A stretch of DNA of 64,000 nt. Source: Eledone cirrhosa. Lineage: Eukaryota. The stretch lies in contig OZ024744.1 of the NCBI GenBank assembly GCA_964016885.1, positions 22,072,001 to 22,136,000 of the forward strand. Direction: 5' to 3'. Of the stretch, positions 20,714-34,100 are shown one piece after another. Position 1 is the first letter of the stretch. Each line of letters begins with the position of its first letter. The notes under the pieces were generated by a model. That model did no database searches and had not been told where the DNA came from. It saw only the letters and a list, made by a program, of their open reading frames with translations. Both the position numbers and the translations under genes were made by a program.

Positions 20714-21125
20714 CTATTTATGGAATATATCATGTAAATACAGTTTAATAGAAAGAGAAAAAAAGGAAAATTTAAATTGAGAAGAATGGAATGTAAAATA
20801 GGAAAATATAAAGAGAAAAAGAGAAAAAAAAAACGTTTAAAGGGAGGGAGAGGCAAGGAATCTAGTGACACAGAAGAATGGGGAGGGTGAGGGAGGATGA
20901 TTGGGCTCTGGGCCTGGGGTGTGGTGGTAATGGGGCTGCGCCTCGCAGACAAGACTGCAAAAGCATTCCCGTGGACAATGACCAGCGACACCCGCTGCAA
21001 CAACCACCCCACCTCGCAAGACTCCTTCCTCAGACGGGCCGCCGATGCTCCAATCTTTTAGAGGAGCTCGACTATAAGGGGTCAACAAAATAGGTGTAGG
21101 CATAATTCTTCCGGTGTTTCAGACT
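20714..21125 (-). mobile_element. 3' end of a CRE-like RLE non-LTR retrotransposon
   Basis: Minus-strand peptide WLLQRVSLVIVHGNAFAVLSA resembles the terminal QRxSxxIxRGNA motif of CRE-clade elements, followed by a pyrimidine-rich 3' UTR. Confidence 0.6.
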
Positions 21126-21250
21126 GCTAAAGGTGATAGTGAGGTCTTGCAATCATTCTAAATATTCTGTGTATGAAATCCCTGGTATTACCGTAGAAAA
21201 ACAATTGTACAAAGAGCCACACAGGGAATTTATATGTGAAACTACATAAT

Positions 21251-21608
21251 TACTCTCTGGTCTCGAATAATTGCCGGCATCTGCTTATTAATTTTTCATG
21301 GGTTTTTTTCAATCCCTCTTTCTTATTCCTTCCCAGCCCCTCCCCCATTTATTATATTTTATTTTAAGAAGTAGCATTCCTGCGACAATTAATTTTCTTT
21401 AGACATTAAAAAACGTTATACATGGCAAAAAAAGGTACATTATTAGAAATCCCATGTTATAAAATAAATGGAATAGGTTGGAGTCTCAATATGTAAACTA
21501 AACGACTAATTTTGTTGTTTTTTTGAATTGAGGAAGACAACCTAGAAAAATTACGACCCCTTCCTCACCCACTTATCCTAACGCCCTATTATTTGGGACC
21601 CAAGAGTA
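21251..21608. mobile_element. Tc1/mariner (pogo/Tigger-type) MITE-like element
   Basis: Left end TACTCTCTGGTCTCGAATAAT versus reverse complement of right end TACTCTTGGGTCCCAAATAAT: 17/21 identical, TA at both termini, non-coding interior. Confidence 0.65.
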
Positions 21609-22002
21609 GAAACAACTTCTTTTCCACATGCCCGCTTTTTCACAATCAAAAGATAATCAAGCCTTTTGCATATAGAATTTCTTAAGTTTAACCTTCCTTC
21701 AATGACGAGATAGTCTCATTATTTTCTCTTTATTCATTGAATTAAACCATATTCTCACCATATACCTACTGCTTTCTCCCGCTGTTCTCTGTCTTTTGCT
21801 CACTGGAGATTTACTTATTTACATTTCTAACTACGACATGTTGAAAAATGATAATTTTTACGAGCGAAGGTTGCTTGAACAAGACAAAACAAGAGAAATA
21901 GTCTGATAAATATATTGGCCACACTGAGCAAAATAATTGTTACCATTATATAATTGATTACCTGCTTGAAATCCATGGGAAGAACAAATGAAAACCAACT
22001 GA

Positions 22003-22123
22003 CAACAACAACAACAACGAGCATAATTCTTGTTGTTTCTGTCGTTATTGTTGTTGTTGCTGTTGCTTTTGTTGTTGTTGTTGTTCTTCTTCTTCTTCTT
22101 CTTCCACCACCTCCTCCTCCTCC
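22003..22123. repeat. (CAA)n, (GTT)n, (CTT)n and (CCT)n trinucleotide tracts
   Basis: Direct reading. Confidence 0.85.
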
Positions 22124-22170
22124 TATTTCATTTAATTTCATTTAATTAAATGTAACCAAATAACAGTTTA

Positions 22171-22193
22171 ATTTATCTTTGCACCTTTAATGA

Positions 22194-22229
<36 letters not shown>

Positions 22230-22264
22230 TATATATACATCTCATTAAAGGTGCAAGGATAAAT
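22171..22264. repeat. (TA)n-centred palindrome
   Basis: ATTTATCTTTGCACCTTTAATGAGATG-(TA)n-CATCTCATTAAAGGTGCAAGGATAAAT, with one mismatch in the unique arms. Confidence 0.92.
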
Positions 22265-22316
22265 GTATAAATTATATGTATATATATATATATATATATA
22301 CATACATACATATATA

Positions 22317-22385
<69 letters not shown>

Positions 22386-22468
22386 GTGTAGATAAATCTA
22401 CCAAAATATACGGTAGTAGTCCAATCCGTATGAATATATGTGTGTATATATATATACATACACATATA

Positions 22469-22508
<40 letters not shown>

Positions 22509-22939
22509 CACATATATGTGTGTGTATATATATATATACATGCACATATATATGTGTGTATATATATATATACATACATATGCTAAATACATGACACTGT
22601 AGAATGGTAGAGTCCTAAACTGACAATAATTTCTGTAACATGGCAATCAACCTTGACACGACGCAAAATTGATTTACATTCATTTGTTTTATAAAATCGA
22701 GGCCACTCTCATTTTTAAACGGATTCCCATTAATGGCGAGAGAAACCAGAAAGCATTGCTACATGTTTTAAATTGATCTTTAAACTATTACCAAGCGGTC
22801 TCGTGTAACTGTTCCATCAATAACGTTGTCTTGCTACCTGTCTAAACAAAACCAACGTTTGTTTCAATCGTCGCTGAGTTAATCATCGTACATACGTCCA
22901 TACCTGCATATATTACATACTTAATGTGTAGGCCTGTGA

Positions 22940-23340
<401 letters not shown>

Positions 23341-23703
23341 ATATATATAATTATAAAATATTACATACACGCACACACAGTGGCACAAATACAGAAAGTG
23401 GGGGGAGTGTAATGTAGGTTTAACATAATTTATAGCATGTGAAATAATAAGCAAATGACAGAGAAGTTGTCTCTTTCTCAGATCTGAATAGTTGTAAATC
23501 AATTGGCCAGAGAATCACATTGAAAATGTTACTTATTTAATTCTTATTTATTTATTTCGAGTTATCTAGACAAACGAGTCCATACTTGTTAGACAATAAT
23601 AAACTCTCTCTCACTCTCTCTTTCTCTCTCACTCTCTATTCTTCTCACTCACTCGCTCTCTCACACTCTCTCCCTGTCTATCTCTCTCTCCCACTCTCTC
23701 TCT

Positions 23704-23770
<67 letters not shown>

Positions 23771-23839
23771 TTAAATGTATGTGTATATATGTGTATATAT
23801 GCGTGTGTGTGTGTAAATATATGTGTATATATGTGTGTA

Positions 23840-23929
23840 TAAACATAGCCATGTTCCTCCACACACACACACACATACACATATATATATATATGTGTGT
23901 GTGTGTGTGGAGGAACATGGCTATGTTTA
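23840..23929. repeat. (CA)n(TA)n(TG)n-centred palindrome duplicating a SINE head
   Basis: TAAACATAGCCATGTTCCTCC...GGAGGAACATGGCTATGTTTA, with perfect 21-bp unique arms. Confidence 0.92.
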
Positions 23930-24600
23930 CAATCGTGAGGTTGTGAGTTCGATTCTCGGACTGGGTTTTGCGTTGTGTTCTTGAGTAAGACGCTTTATTT
24001 CATTTTCCTCTAGTTACTCAGCTGTAGAAATGAGTTGTGACGTCACTGGCACCATATAGTGGCATATATCGTATATAGTGTATATATGGTGTATATATAT
24101 ATATATACACCATATATACACTATATATATATATAGTGTATATATAGTGTGTATATAGTGTATATATATATAATGTATATATGTTGTATATATAGTGAAT
24201 GTATAGTGTATATTAATATTGTGACGTCACTGGTGCCAAGCTGTATCAGCAATTTCCTTTCCCTTGGACAACGTCGTATATAGTGTATATATAGTGTATG
24301 TATGGTGTCTATATATATTATATATATAGTGTATATATAGTGTATATATGGTGTATATATATAGTGAATATATAGTGTATATGGTATATATATAGTGTAT
24401 ATATAGTGTATATATAGTGTATATATAGTATATATATATATAGTGTGTAGATTAATGTTGTGACGTCACTGGTATCAGCCATTACCTTCCTTGGACAACA
24501 TCAGTGACGTAGAGAGGAGAGGTTGGTATGTATGGGAGACTGCTGGTCTTCCACAAACAGCCTTGCACGGACTTGTACCTCAGAGGGGAACTCTCTATTC
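23908..24600 (+). mobile_element. tRNA-derived CORE-like SINE interrupted by a TATATAGTG minisatellite and internal duplications
   Basis: GTGAGTTCGATTC B-box, then TTGTGTTCTTGAGTAAGACGCTTTATTTC. TGTGACGTCACTGG occurs three times (~24036, ~24220, ~24459), separated by TATATAGTG tracts. Confidence 0.72.
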
Positions 24601-25103
24601 TATATCCAATGGTTATTCGTGTGTGTGTATGTGTGTGTATGCCTGTGTTTGGTTGACGGCTGAGAGAAAAGATTATTCAATAGCAAGCTGGAGTTTAAAT
24701 ATTCATTTTATTAAGGCAAAATAATGGATGTTGTTACTTGAGTTCTTGTCTGATAACCCTGTCTTACTCTAGACTAACAAATTAGACTTACTTTAGACTT
24801 AATAAAATGAATATATATTTGAAATAGATGTCGCCGTATTTTTTTACTAAAGAAATGTTATCCAGCTAGTAGTACATCAATACTCATCTTTTTCCGTTGC
24901 ATAGGGGGTTCTCAACCACACCATCAGGTTAACATTTCTTCAGTAAAAAAAATATGGCGAAAGCTTCTATTTCTAAATTCCAACTCGCTCGCTGTTTGAT
25001 GTGTGTGTGTGTGGGGGGGGGGGGTGTACAAGGTAAACAGAAATAACAAAGCAAACAACAACGTAAAATAAAGAAATATATTAGTTTAAATAATAGGAAA
25101 AGA

Positions 25104-25140
25104 GTCTTAACGATTCGGACTCTACTCCTTCATCAGAAGA
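25104..25140 (-). ncRNA. Degenerate minimal hammerhead ribozyme-like motif (Penelope-type)
   Basis: Minus strand TCTT-CTGATGA-A-GGA gtagag TCC-GAAT-CGTTA-AGAC. It has the CUGAUGA core, a 3-bp stem II, GAAA changed to GAAT, and a remnant of a palindromic AACGTT stem III. Confidence 0.45.
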
Positions 25141-25179
25141 TAAAATGAGACATAAAATATGAAACAGAAGGACAAAGAG

Positions 25180-28100
25180 TGAGATATTGTGGTGGTCAGT
25201 TACAGCTGACACTGACTGAGCTTTGTGGTGGTGGTCAGTTACGGTTGACAGTGAGGTGTCATGGTGGTGGTGAGTTACCGTTCACAGTGAGTGAGGTGTC
25301 ATGGTGGTGGTCAGTTACGGTTGACAGTAAGTGAGATGTTGTGGTGGTCAGTTAGGGTTCACAGTGAGTGAGATGTTGTGGGAGTCAGTTGGGGTTGATA
25401 TTGAGTGAGATGTTGTGGTGGTCAGTTACGGTTGACAGTGAGTGAGATGTTGTTGTGTTGTTTCAGTTACGGTTGACATTGAGGGAGATGTTGTGGTGGT
25501 GGTCAGATAGGGTTGACAGTGAGTGATATGTTGTGGTGGTCAGTAATGGTTGACATTGAGTGGGATGTTTGTGGTGGTCAGTTAGGGTTGACATTGAGTG
25601 AGACGTGGTGGTGGTGGTCAGTTATGGTTGACATTGAGTGAGATATTGTGGTGGTGGTCAGTTACGGTTGACAGTGACTGAGATGTTTTGGTGGTCAGTT
25701 ACGGTTGACAGCGAGTGAGATGTTGTGGTGGTCAGTAATAGTTGACATTGAGTGGGATGTTTGTGGTGGTCAGGGTTGACATTGAGTGAAACGTGGTGGT
25801 GGTGGTCAGTTATGGTTGACATTGAGTGAGATATTGTGATGGTGGTCAGTTACGGTTGACAGTGACTGAGATGTTTTGGTGGTCAGTTACGGTTGACAGC
25901 GAGTGAGATGTTGTGGTGGTCAGTTATGGTTAACAGTGAGTGAGATTTTGTGGTGGTCAGTTATGGTTGACACTGATTAAGATGTTGTGGTGATCAGTTT
26001 TGGTTGAGATTGAGTGATGTGTCATGGAGGTGGTCAGTTACTGTTGACATTGAGTGATATATTGTGGTGGTGGTGGTCAGTTATGGTTGACAGTGAGTGA
26101 GATGTTGTGGTGTCAGTTACGGTTGACATTGAGTGTGATGTTGTGGTGGTCAGTTAAGGTTGACATTGAGTGAGACTAGATGGTGGTGGTCAGTTACGGT
26201 TGACATGGAGTGAGATGTTGTGGTGGTCAGTTAAGGTTGACATTGAGTGAGATGTTGTGGTGGTAGGTTACCGTTGACAGTGAGTGACATGTTTGTGGAG
26301 GTGGACAGTTATGGTTGACATTGAGTGAGATGTTGTGGTGGTCAGTTAAGGTTGACATTGAGTGAGACGTGGTGGTTGCAGTCAGTTACGGTTGACATTG
26401 AATAATATGTTTGTGGTGGTCAGTAAGGGTTGATATTGAGTGAGATGTTGTGGTGGTGGTCAGTTATGGTTGACATTGAGTGAGATGTTGTGGTGGTCAG
26501 TTAAGGTTTACATAGAGTGAGATGTTGTGGTGGTCATTTACGGTTGACATTGAGTGAGATGTTGTGGTGGTCAGTTACAGTTGACATTGAGTGAGATGTT
26601 GTGGTTGTGGTCAGTTATGGTTGACAGTGAGGGAGATGTTTGTGTTTGTCAGTTACGGTTGGCATTGAGTGAGCTGTTGTGGTGGTCAGTTATGGTTGAC
26701 ATTGAGTGAGATGTTGTGGTGGTGGTCAGTTATGGTTGACATTGAGTGAGATGTTGTGGTAGTCAGTTATGGTTGATATAGAGTGAGATGTTGTGGTGGT
26801 CAGTTACGGTTGTCATTGAGTGAGATATTGTGGTTGTGGCCAGTTATGGTTGACATTGAGTGAGATGTTGTGGTGGTGGTCAGTTATGGTTGACAGTGAG
26901 TGAGATGTTGTGGTATTGGTTAGTTTTGGTTGACAGAGAGTGAGATGTTGTGGTGGTCAGTTAGGGTTGACATTGAGTGAGACGGTGGTAGTGGTGGTCA
27001 GTTACGGTTGACATTGAATGAGATTTTATGGTGGTGGTCAGTTACGGTTGACAGTGAGTGAGATGTTGTGGTGGTCAGTTATGGTTGACATTGAGTGAGA
27101 TATAGTGGTGGTCAGTTACGGTTGACACTGAGTGAGATGTGGTGGTGGTTAGTTATGGTTGAGAGTGAGGGAGATTTTGTGGTGGTCAGTTATGGTTAAC
27201 ATTCAGTGAGATGTTGTGGTGGTGGTCAGTTATGATTCACAGTGAGTGAGGTGTTATGGAGGTGGTCAGTTACGGTTGACAGTGAGTGAGATATTGTGGT
27301 GGCGGTCAGTTATGGTTGACAGTGAGTGAGATGTGCTGGTCAGTTTCGGTTGACAGTGAGTGAGATGATGTGGTGGTCAGTTAAGGTTGAAATTGAGTGA
27401 GACTAGGTGGTGGTGGTCAGTTATGGTTGACAATGAATGGTGCTCAGTTATTGTTGACAATGAGTGGTGGTCAGTTATGTTTGACAGTGAATGATATTTT
27501 GTGGTGGTCGTCAGTTATGGTTGACAGTGAGTGAGATGTTGTGGTTGTCAGTTATGATTGACAGTTAGTGAGATGTTTGTGGTGGTGGTCACTTACGGTT
27601 GACAGTGAATGATATGTTGTGGTGGTCGTCAGTTATGGTTGACATTGAGTGAGATATTGTGGTGGTCACTTACGGTTGACACTGAGTTAGATGTTATGGT
27701 TGTGGTTAGTTATGATTGACATTGAGTGAGATGCTTGTGTTGGTAGTGAGTTACGGTTGACAGTGAGTGAGATGTTGTGGCGGTCAGTTATGGTTGACAT
27801 TGAGTGAGATGTTGTAGTGGTGGTCAGTTATGGTTGACAGAGAGTGAGGTGTCATGGTGGTGGTCAGTTACGGTTGACAGTGAGTGAGATGTTTGTGGTG
27901 GTCAGTTAGGGTTGTCATTGAGTGAGACGTGGTGGTGGTGGTCAGTTATGGTTGACATTGAGTGAGATGTTTGTGTTGGTAGTGAGTTACGGTTGACAGT
28001 GAGTGAGATGTTGTGGCGGTCAGTTATGGTTGACATTGAGTGAGATGTTGTAGTGGTGGTCAGTTACGGTTGACAGTGACTGAGATGTTTTGGTGGTCAG

Positions 28101-31100
28101 GTACGGTTGACAGCGAGTGAGATGTTGTGGTGGTCAGTTATGGTTAACAGTGAGTGAGATGTTGTGGCTGTCAGTTGTGGTTGACAGTGAGTGAGATGTT
28201 GTGGTGGTCAGTTATGGTTGACACTGAGTGAGATGTTGTGGTGATCAGTTATGGTTGACAATGAGTGATGTGTCATGGAGGTGGTCAGTTACTGTTGACA
28301 TTGAGTGATATATTGTGGTTGTGGTCAGTTATAGTTGACAGTGAGTGAGATGTTGTGGTGTCAGTTACGGTTGACATTGAGTGTGATGTTGTGGTGGTCA
28401 GTTAAGGTTGACATTGAGTGAGACTAGATGGTGGTGGTCAGTTACGGTTGACATTGATTGAGATGTTGTGGTGGTCAGTTAAGGTTGACATTGAGTAAGA
28501 TGTTGTGCTGATCAGTTACCGTTGACAGTGAGTGACATGTTTGTGGTGGTGGACAGTTATGGTTGACATTGAGTGAGATGTTGTGGTGGTCAGTTAAGGT
28601 TGACATTGAGTGAGACGTGGTGGTAGCGGTCAGTTACGGTTGACATTGAGTGAGATGTTTGTGGTGGTCAGTAAGGGTTGATATTGAGTGAGATGTTGTG
28701 GTTGTGGTCAGTTATGGTTGACATTGAGTGAGATGTTGTGGTGGTCAGTTACGGTTGATATAGAGTGAGATGTTGTGGTGGTCATTTAAGGTTGACATTG
28801 AGTGAGATGTTGTAGTGGTCAGTTACGGTTGACATTGAGTGAGATGTTGTGGATGTGGTCAGATATGGTTGACATTGAGTGAGGTGTTGTGGTGGTGGTC
28901 AGTTATGGTGGTGGTCAGTTATGGTTGACAGTGAGTGAGATGTTGTGCTGGTGGTCAGTTATGGTTGACAGTGAGTGAGATGTTGTGGTGGTCAGTTAGG
29001 GTTGACATTGAGTGAGACGGTGGTAGTGGTGGTCAGTTATGGTTGACATTGAGTGAAATGTTTGTGGTGGTCAGTTATGGTTGACATTGAGTGAGATGTT
29101 TTGATGGTCAGTTATGGTTGACAGTGAGTGAGATGTTGTGGTGGTCAGTTATGGTTGGGAGTGACTCAGATGTTTTGGTGGAGGTCAGTCATAATTCACA
29201 GTGAGTGAGGTGTAATGGAGGTGGTCAGTTACGGTTGACAGTGAGTGAGATATTGTGGTGGTGGTCAGTTATGGTTGACAGTGAGTGAGATGTTGTGCTG
29301 GTCAGTTACGGTTGGGAGTGACTCAGATGTTTTGGTGGTCAGTTATGTTTGACATTGAGTGAGATGTTGTGGTGGTGGTCAGTTATAATTAACAGTAAGT
29401 GAGGTGTCATGGAGGTGGTCAGTTACGGTGGACAGTGAGTGAGATATTGTTGTGGTGGTCAATTATGGTTGACAGTGAGTGAGATGTTGTGCTGGTCAGT
29501 TACGGTTGACAGTGAGTGAGATGTTGTGGTGGTCAGTTAAGGTTGAAATTGAGTGAGACTAGGTGGTGGTGGTCAGTTATGGTTGACAGTGAGTGAGATG
29601 TTTGTGGTGGTCAGTTATGTTTGACAGTGAATGATATTTTGTGGTGGTCGTCAGTTATGGTTGACAGTGAGTGAGATGTTGTGGTTGTCAGTTATGGTTG
29701 ACATTGAGTGAGATGTTGTGGTGGTCGTCAGTTATGATTGACAGTTAGTGAGATGTTTATGGTGGTGGTCAGTTACGGTTGACAGTGAGTGAGATGTTGT
29801 GGCGGTCAGTTATAGTTGACATTGAGTGAGATGTTGTAATGGTGGTCAGTTATGATTGACAGAGAGTGAGGTGTCATGGTGGTGGTCAGTTACGGTTGAC
29901 ATTGAGTGAGATGTTTGTGTTGGTAATGAGTTATGGTTGTCAGTGAGTGAGATGTTGTGGTGGTCGTCAGTTATGATTGACAGAGAGTGAGTTGTCATGG
30001 TGGTGGTCAGTTACGGTTGACAGTGAGTGAGATTTTCTGGCGGTCAGTTATGGTTGACATTGAGTGAGATGTTGTAGTGGTGGTCAGTTATGATTGACAG
30101 AGAGTGAGGTGTCATGGTGGTGGTCAGTTACGGTTGCCAGTGAGTGAGATGTTTGTGGTGGTCAGTTAGAGTTGACATTGAGTGAGACGTGGTGGTGGTG
30201 GTCAGTTATGGTTGACATTGAGTGAGATATTGTCGTGGTGGTCAGTTACGGTTGACAGTGACTGAGATGTTTTGGTGGTCAGTTACGGTTGACATCGAGT
30301 CAAATGTTGTGGTGGTCAGTTATGGTTAACAGTGAGTGAGATGTTGTGGTGGTCAGTTGTGGTTGACACTGAGTGAGATGTTGTGGTGATCAGTTTTGGT
30401 TGAGATTGAGTGATGTGTCATGGAGGTGGTCAGTTACTGTTGACATTGAGTGATATATTGTGGTGGTGGTCAGTTATGGTTGACAGTGAGTGAGATGTTG
30501 TGGTGTCAGTTACGGTTGACATTGAGTGCGATGTTGTGGTGGTCAGTTAAGGTTGACATTGAGTGAGACTAGATGGTGGTGGTCAGTTACGGTTGACATT
30601 GAGTGAGATGTTGTGGTGGTCAGTTAAGGTTGACATTTAGTGGGATGTTGTGGTGGTCAGTTACGTTGACAGTGAGTGACATGTTTGTGGTGGTGGACAG
30701 TTATGTTTGAAATTGAGTGAGATGTTGTGGTGGTCAGTTAAGGTTGACATTGAGTGAGACGTGGTATTGCGGTATGTTACGGTTGACATTGAATGATATG
30801 TTTGTGTAGGCCAGAAAGGGTTGATATTGAGTGAGATGTTGTGGTTGTGGTCAGTTATTGTTGACATTGAGTGAGATGTTGTGGTGGTCAGTTACGGTTT
30901 ACATAGAGTGAGATGTTGTGGTGGTCATTTACGGTTGACATTGAGTGAGATGTTGTGGTGGTCAGGTACGGTTGACATTGAGTGAAATGTTGTGGTTGTG
31001 GTCAGTTATGGTTGACATTGAGTGAGATGTTGTGCTGGTGGTCTGTTATGGTTGACAGTGAGTGAGATGTTGTGGTGTTGGTCAGTTATGGTTGACAGTG

Positions 31101-34100
31101 AGTGAGATGTTGTGGTGATCAGTTAGGTTTGACATTGAGTGAGACGTTGGTAGTGGTGGTCAGTTATGGTTGACATTGAGTGAGATTTTATGGTGGTGGT
31201 CAATTACGGTTGACAGTGACTGAGATGTTGTGGTGGTCAGTTACGGTTGACAATGAGTGAGATGTTGTAGTGGTCAGTTATTGTTAACAGTGAGTGAGAT
31301 GTCGTGGTGGTCAGTTATGGTTGACATTGAGTGAGATATAGTGGTGGTCAGTTACGGTTGACACTGAGTGAGATGTTGTGGTGGTTAGTTATGGTTGAGG
31401 TGAGGGAGATGTTGTGATGGTCAGTTATGGTTGACATTGAGTGAAATGTTTGTGGTGGTCAGTTATGGTTGACATGGAGTGAGTGTTTTGGTGGTCAGTT
31501 ATGGTTGACAGTGAGTGAGATGTTGTGGTGGTCAGTTATGGTTGGGAGTGACTCAGATGTTTTAGTGGTCTGTTATGTTTGACATTGAGTGAGATGTTGT
31601 GGTGGTGCTCAGTTATGATTCACAGTGAGTGACGTGTTATGGAGGTGGTCAGTAACGGTTGACAGTGAGTGAGATATTGTGGTAGTGGTCAGTTATTGTT
31701 GACAGTGAGTGAGATGTCGTGCTGGTCAATTACGGTTGACAGTGAGTGAGATGTTGAGGTGGTCAGTTAAGGTTGAAATTGAGTGAGACTAGGTGGTGGT
31801 GGTCAGTTATGGTTGACAGTGAGTGAGATGTTTGTGGTGGTCAGTTATGTTTGACAGTGAATAATATTTTCTGGTGGTCGTCAGTTATGGTTGACAGTGA
31901 GTGAGATGTTGTGGTTGTCAGTTATGCTTGACATTTAGTGAGATGTTGTGGTGGTCGTCAGTTATGATTGACAGTTAGTGAGATGTTTGTGGTTGTGGTC
32001 ACTTACGGTTGACAGTGAATGATATGTTGTGGTGGTCGTCAGTTATGGTTGACATTGAGTGAGATATTGTGGTGGTCAGTTACGGTTGACACTGAGTGAG
32101 ATGTTATGGTGGTGGTTAGTTATGATTGACAGATTGTGAGGTGTCATGGTGGTGGTCAGATATGGTTGACATTGAGTGAAATGTTTGTGTTGGTAGTGAG
32201 TTATGGTAGACAATGAGTGAGATGTTGCGGTGGTCAGTTAGGGTTGACAGTGAGCGAGATGTAGTGGTGGTGGTCAGTTATGGTTGACATTGAGTGAGAT
32301 ATTGTGGTGGTGGTCAGTTACGGTTGACAGTGACTGAAATGTTTTGGTGGTCAGTTACGGTTGACAGCGAGTGAGATGTTGTGGTGGTCAATTATGGTTA
32401 ACAGTGAGTGAGATGTTGTGGAGGTCAGTTGTGGTTGACAGTGAGTGAGATGTTGTGGTGGTCAGTTATGGTTGACACTGAGTGAGATATTGTGGTGATC
32501 AGTTATGGTTGACAGTGAGTGATGAGTCTTGGAGGTGGTCAGTTACTGTTGACATTGTGTGATATATTGTGGTGGTGGTCAGTTATGTTTGACAGTGAGT
32601 GAGATGTTGTGGTGTCAGTTACGGTTGACATTGATTGTGATGTTGTGGTGGTCAGTTAAAGTTGACATTGAGTGAGACAAGATGGTGGTGGTCAGTTAAA
32701 GATGACATTGAGTGAGATCTTGTGGTGGTCAGTTAAGGTTGACATTGAGTGAGACGTGTTGGTTGCGGTCAGTTACGCTTGATATTGAATAATATGCTTG
32801 TGGTGGTCAGTAAGGGTTGATATTGAGTGACATGTTGTGGTTGTGTTCAGTTATGGTTGACATTGAGTGAGATGTTGTGGTGGTCATTTACGGTTGACAT
32901 TGAGTGAGATGTTGTGGTGGTCAGTTACGGTTGACATTGAGTGAGATGTTGCGGTTGTGGTCAGTTATGGTTGACATTGAGTGAGATGTTGTGGTGGTGG
33001 TCAGTTATGGTTGACATTGAGTGAGATGTTGTGGTGGTCAGTTAGGGTTGACATTGAGTGAGATTTTATGGTGGTGGTCAATTACGGTTGACAGTGACTG
33101 AGATGTTGTGGTGGTCAGTTACGTTTGACAATGAGTGAGATGTTGTAGTGGTCAATTATGGTTGACACTGAGAGAGATATAGTGGTGGTCAGTTACGGTT
33201 GACAGTGAGTGAGATGTTGTAGTGGTCAGTTATGGTTAACAGTGAGTGAGATGTTGTGGTGGTCAGTAATGGTTCACATTGAGTGAGATATAGTGGTGGT
33301 CAGTTAAGGTTGACACTGAGTGAGATGTTGTGGTGGTTAGTTATTGTTGAGAGTGAGGGAGATTTTGTGATGGTCAGTTATGGTTGACATTGAGTGAGAT
33401 GTTGTGGTGGTGGTCAGTTATGATTCACAGTGAGTGAGGTGTCATGGAGGTGGTCAGTTACGGTTGACTGTGAGTGAGATATTGTGGTGGTGGTCAGTTA
33501 TGGTTGACAGTGAGTGAGATGTTGTGCTGGTCAGTTACGGTTGACAGTGAGTGAGATGTTGTGGTGGTCGGTTAAGGTTGAAATTGAGTGAGACTAGGTG
33601 GTTGTGGTCAGTTATGGTTGACAGTGAGTGAGATGTTTGTGGTGGCCAGTTAAGATTGACAGTGAATGATATTTTATGGTGGTCGTCAGTTATGGTTGAC
33701 AGTCAGTGAGATGTTGTGCTTGTCAGTTATGGTTGACATTGAGTGAGATGTTGTGGTGGTCGTCAGTTATGATTGACAGTTAGTGAGATGTTTGTGGTGG
33801 CGGTCAGTTACGGTTGACAGTGAATGATATGTTGTGGTGGTCGTCAGTTATGGTTGACATTGAGTGAGATATTGTGGTGGTCAGTTACGGTTGACACTGA
33901 GTGAGATGTTGTGGTGGTGGTTAGTTATGATTGACAGAGAGTGAGGTGTCATGGTGGTGGTCAGCTATGGTTGACATTGAGTGAGATGTTTGTGTTGCTA
34001 GTGAGTTATGGTTGACAGTGAGTGAGATGTTGTGGTGGTCAGATAGAGTTGACAGTGAGCGAGATGTTGTGGTGGTGGTCAGTTATGATTGACAGTGAGC

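Noticed and set aside
21760-22010. Possible host exons on the minus strand (AG...GT bounded segments)
   Set aside because: No recognisable protein similarity, and splice-like dinucleotides are expected by chance. RNA-seq would be needed.
30661-30867. 68-aa ORF in the satellite
   Set aside because: A chance stop-free stretch in diverged monomers.
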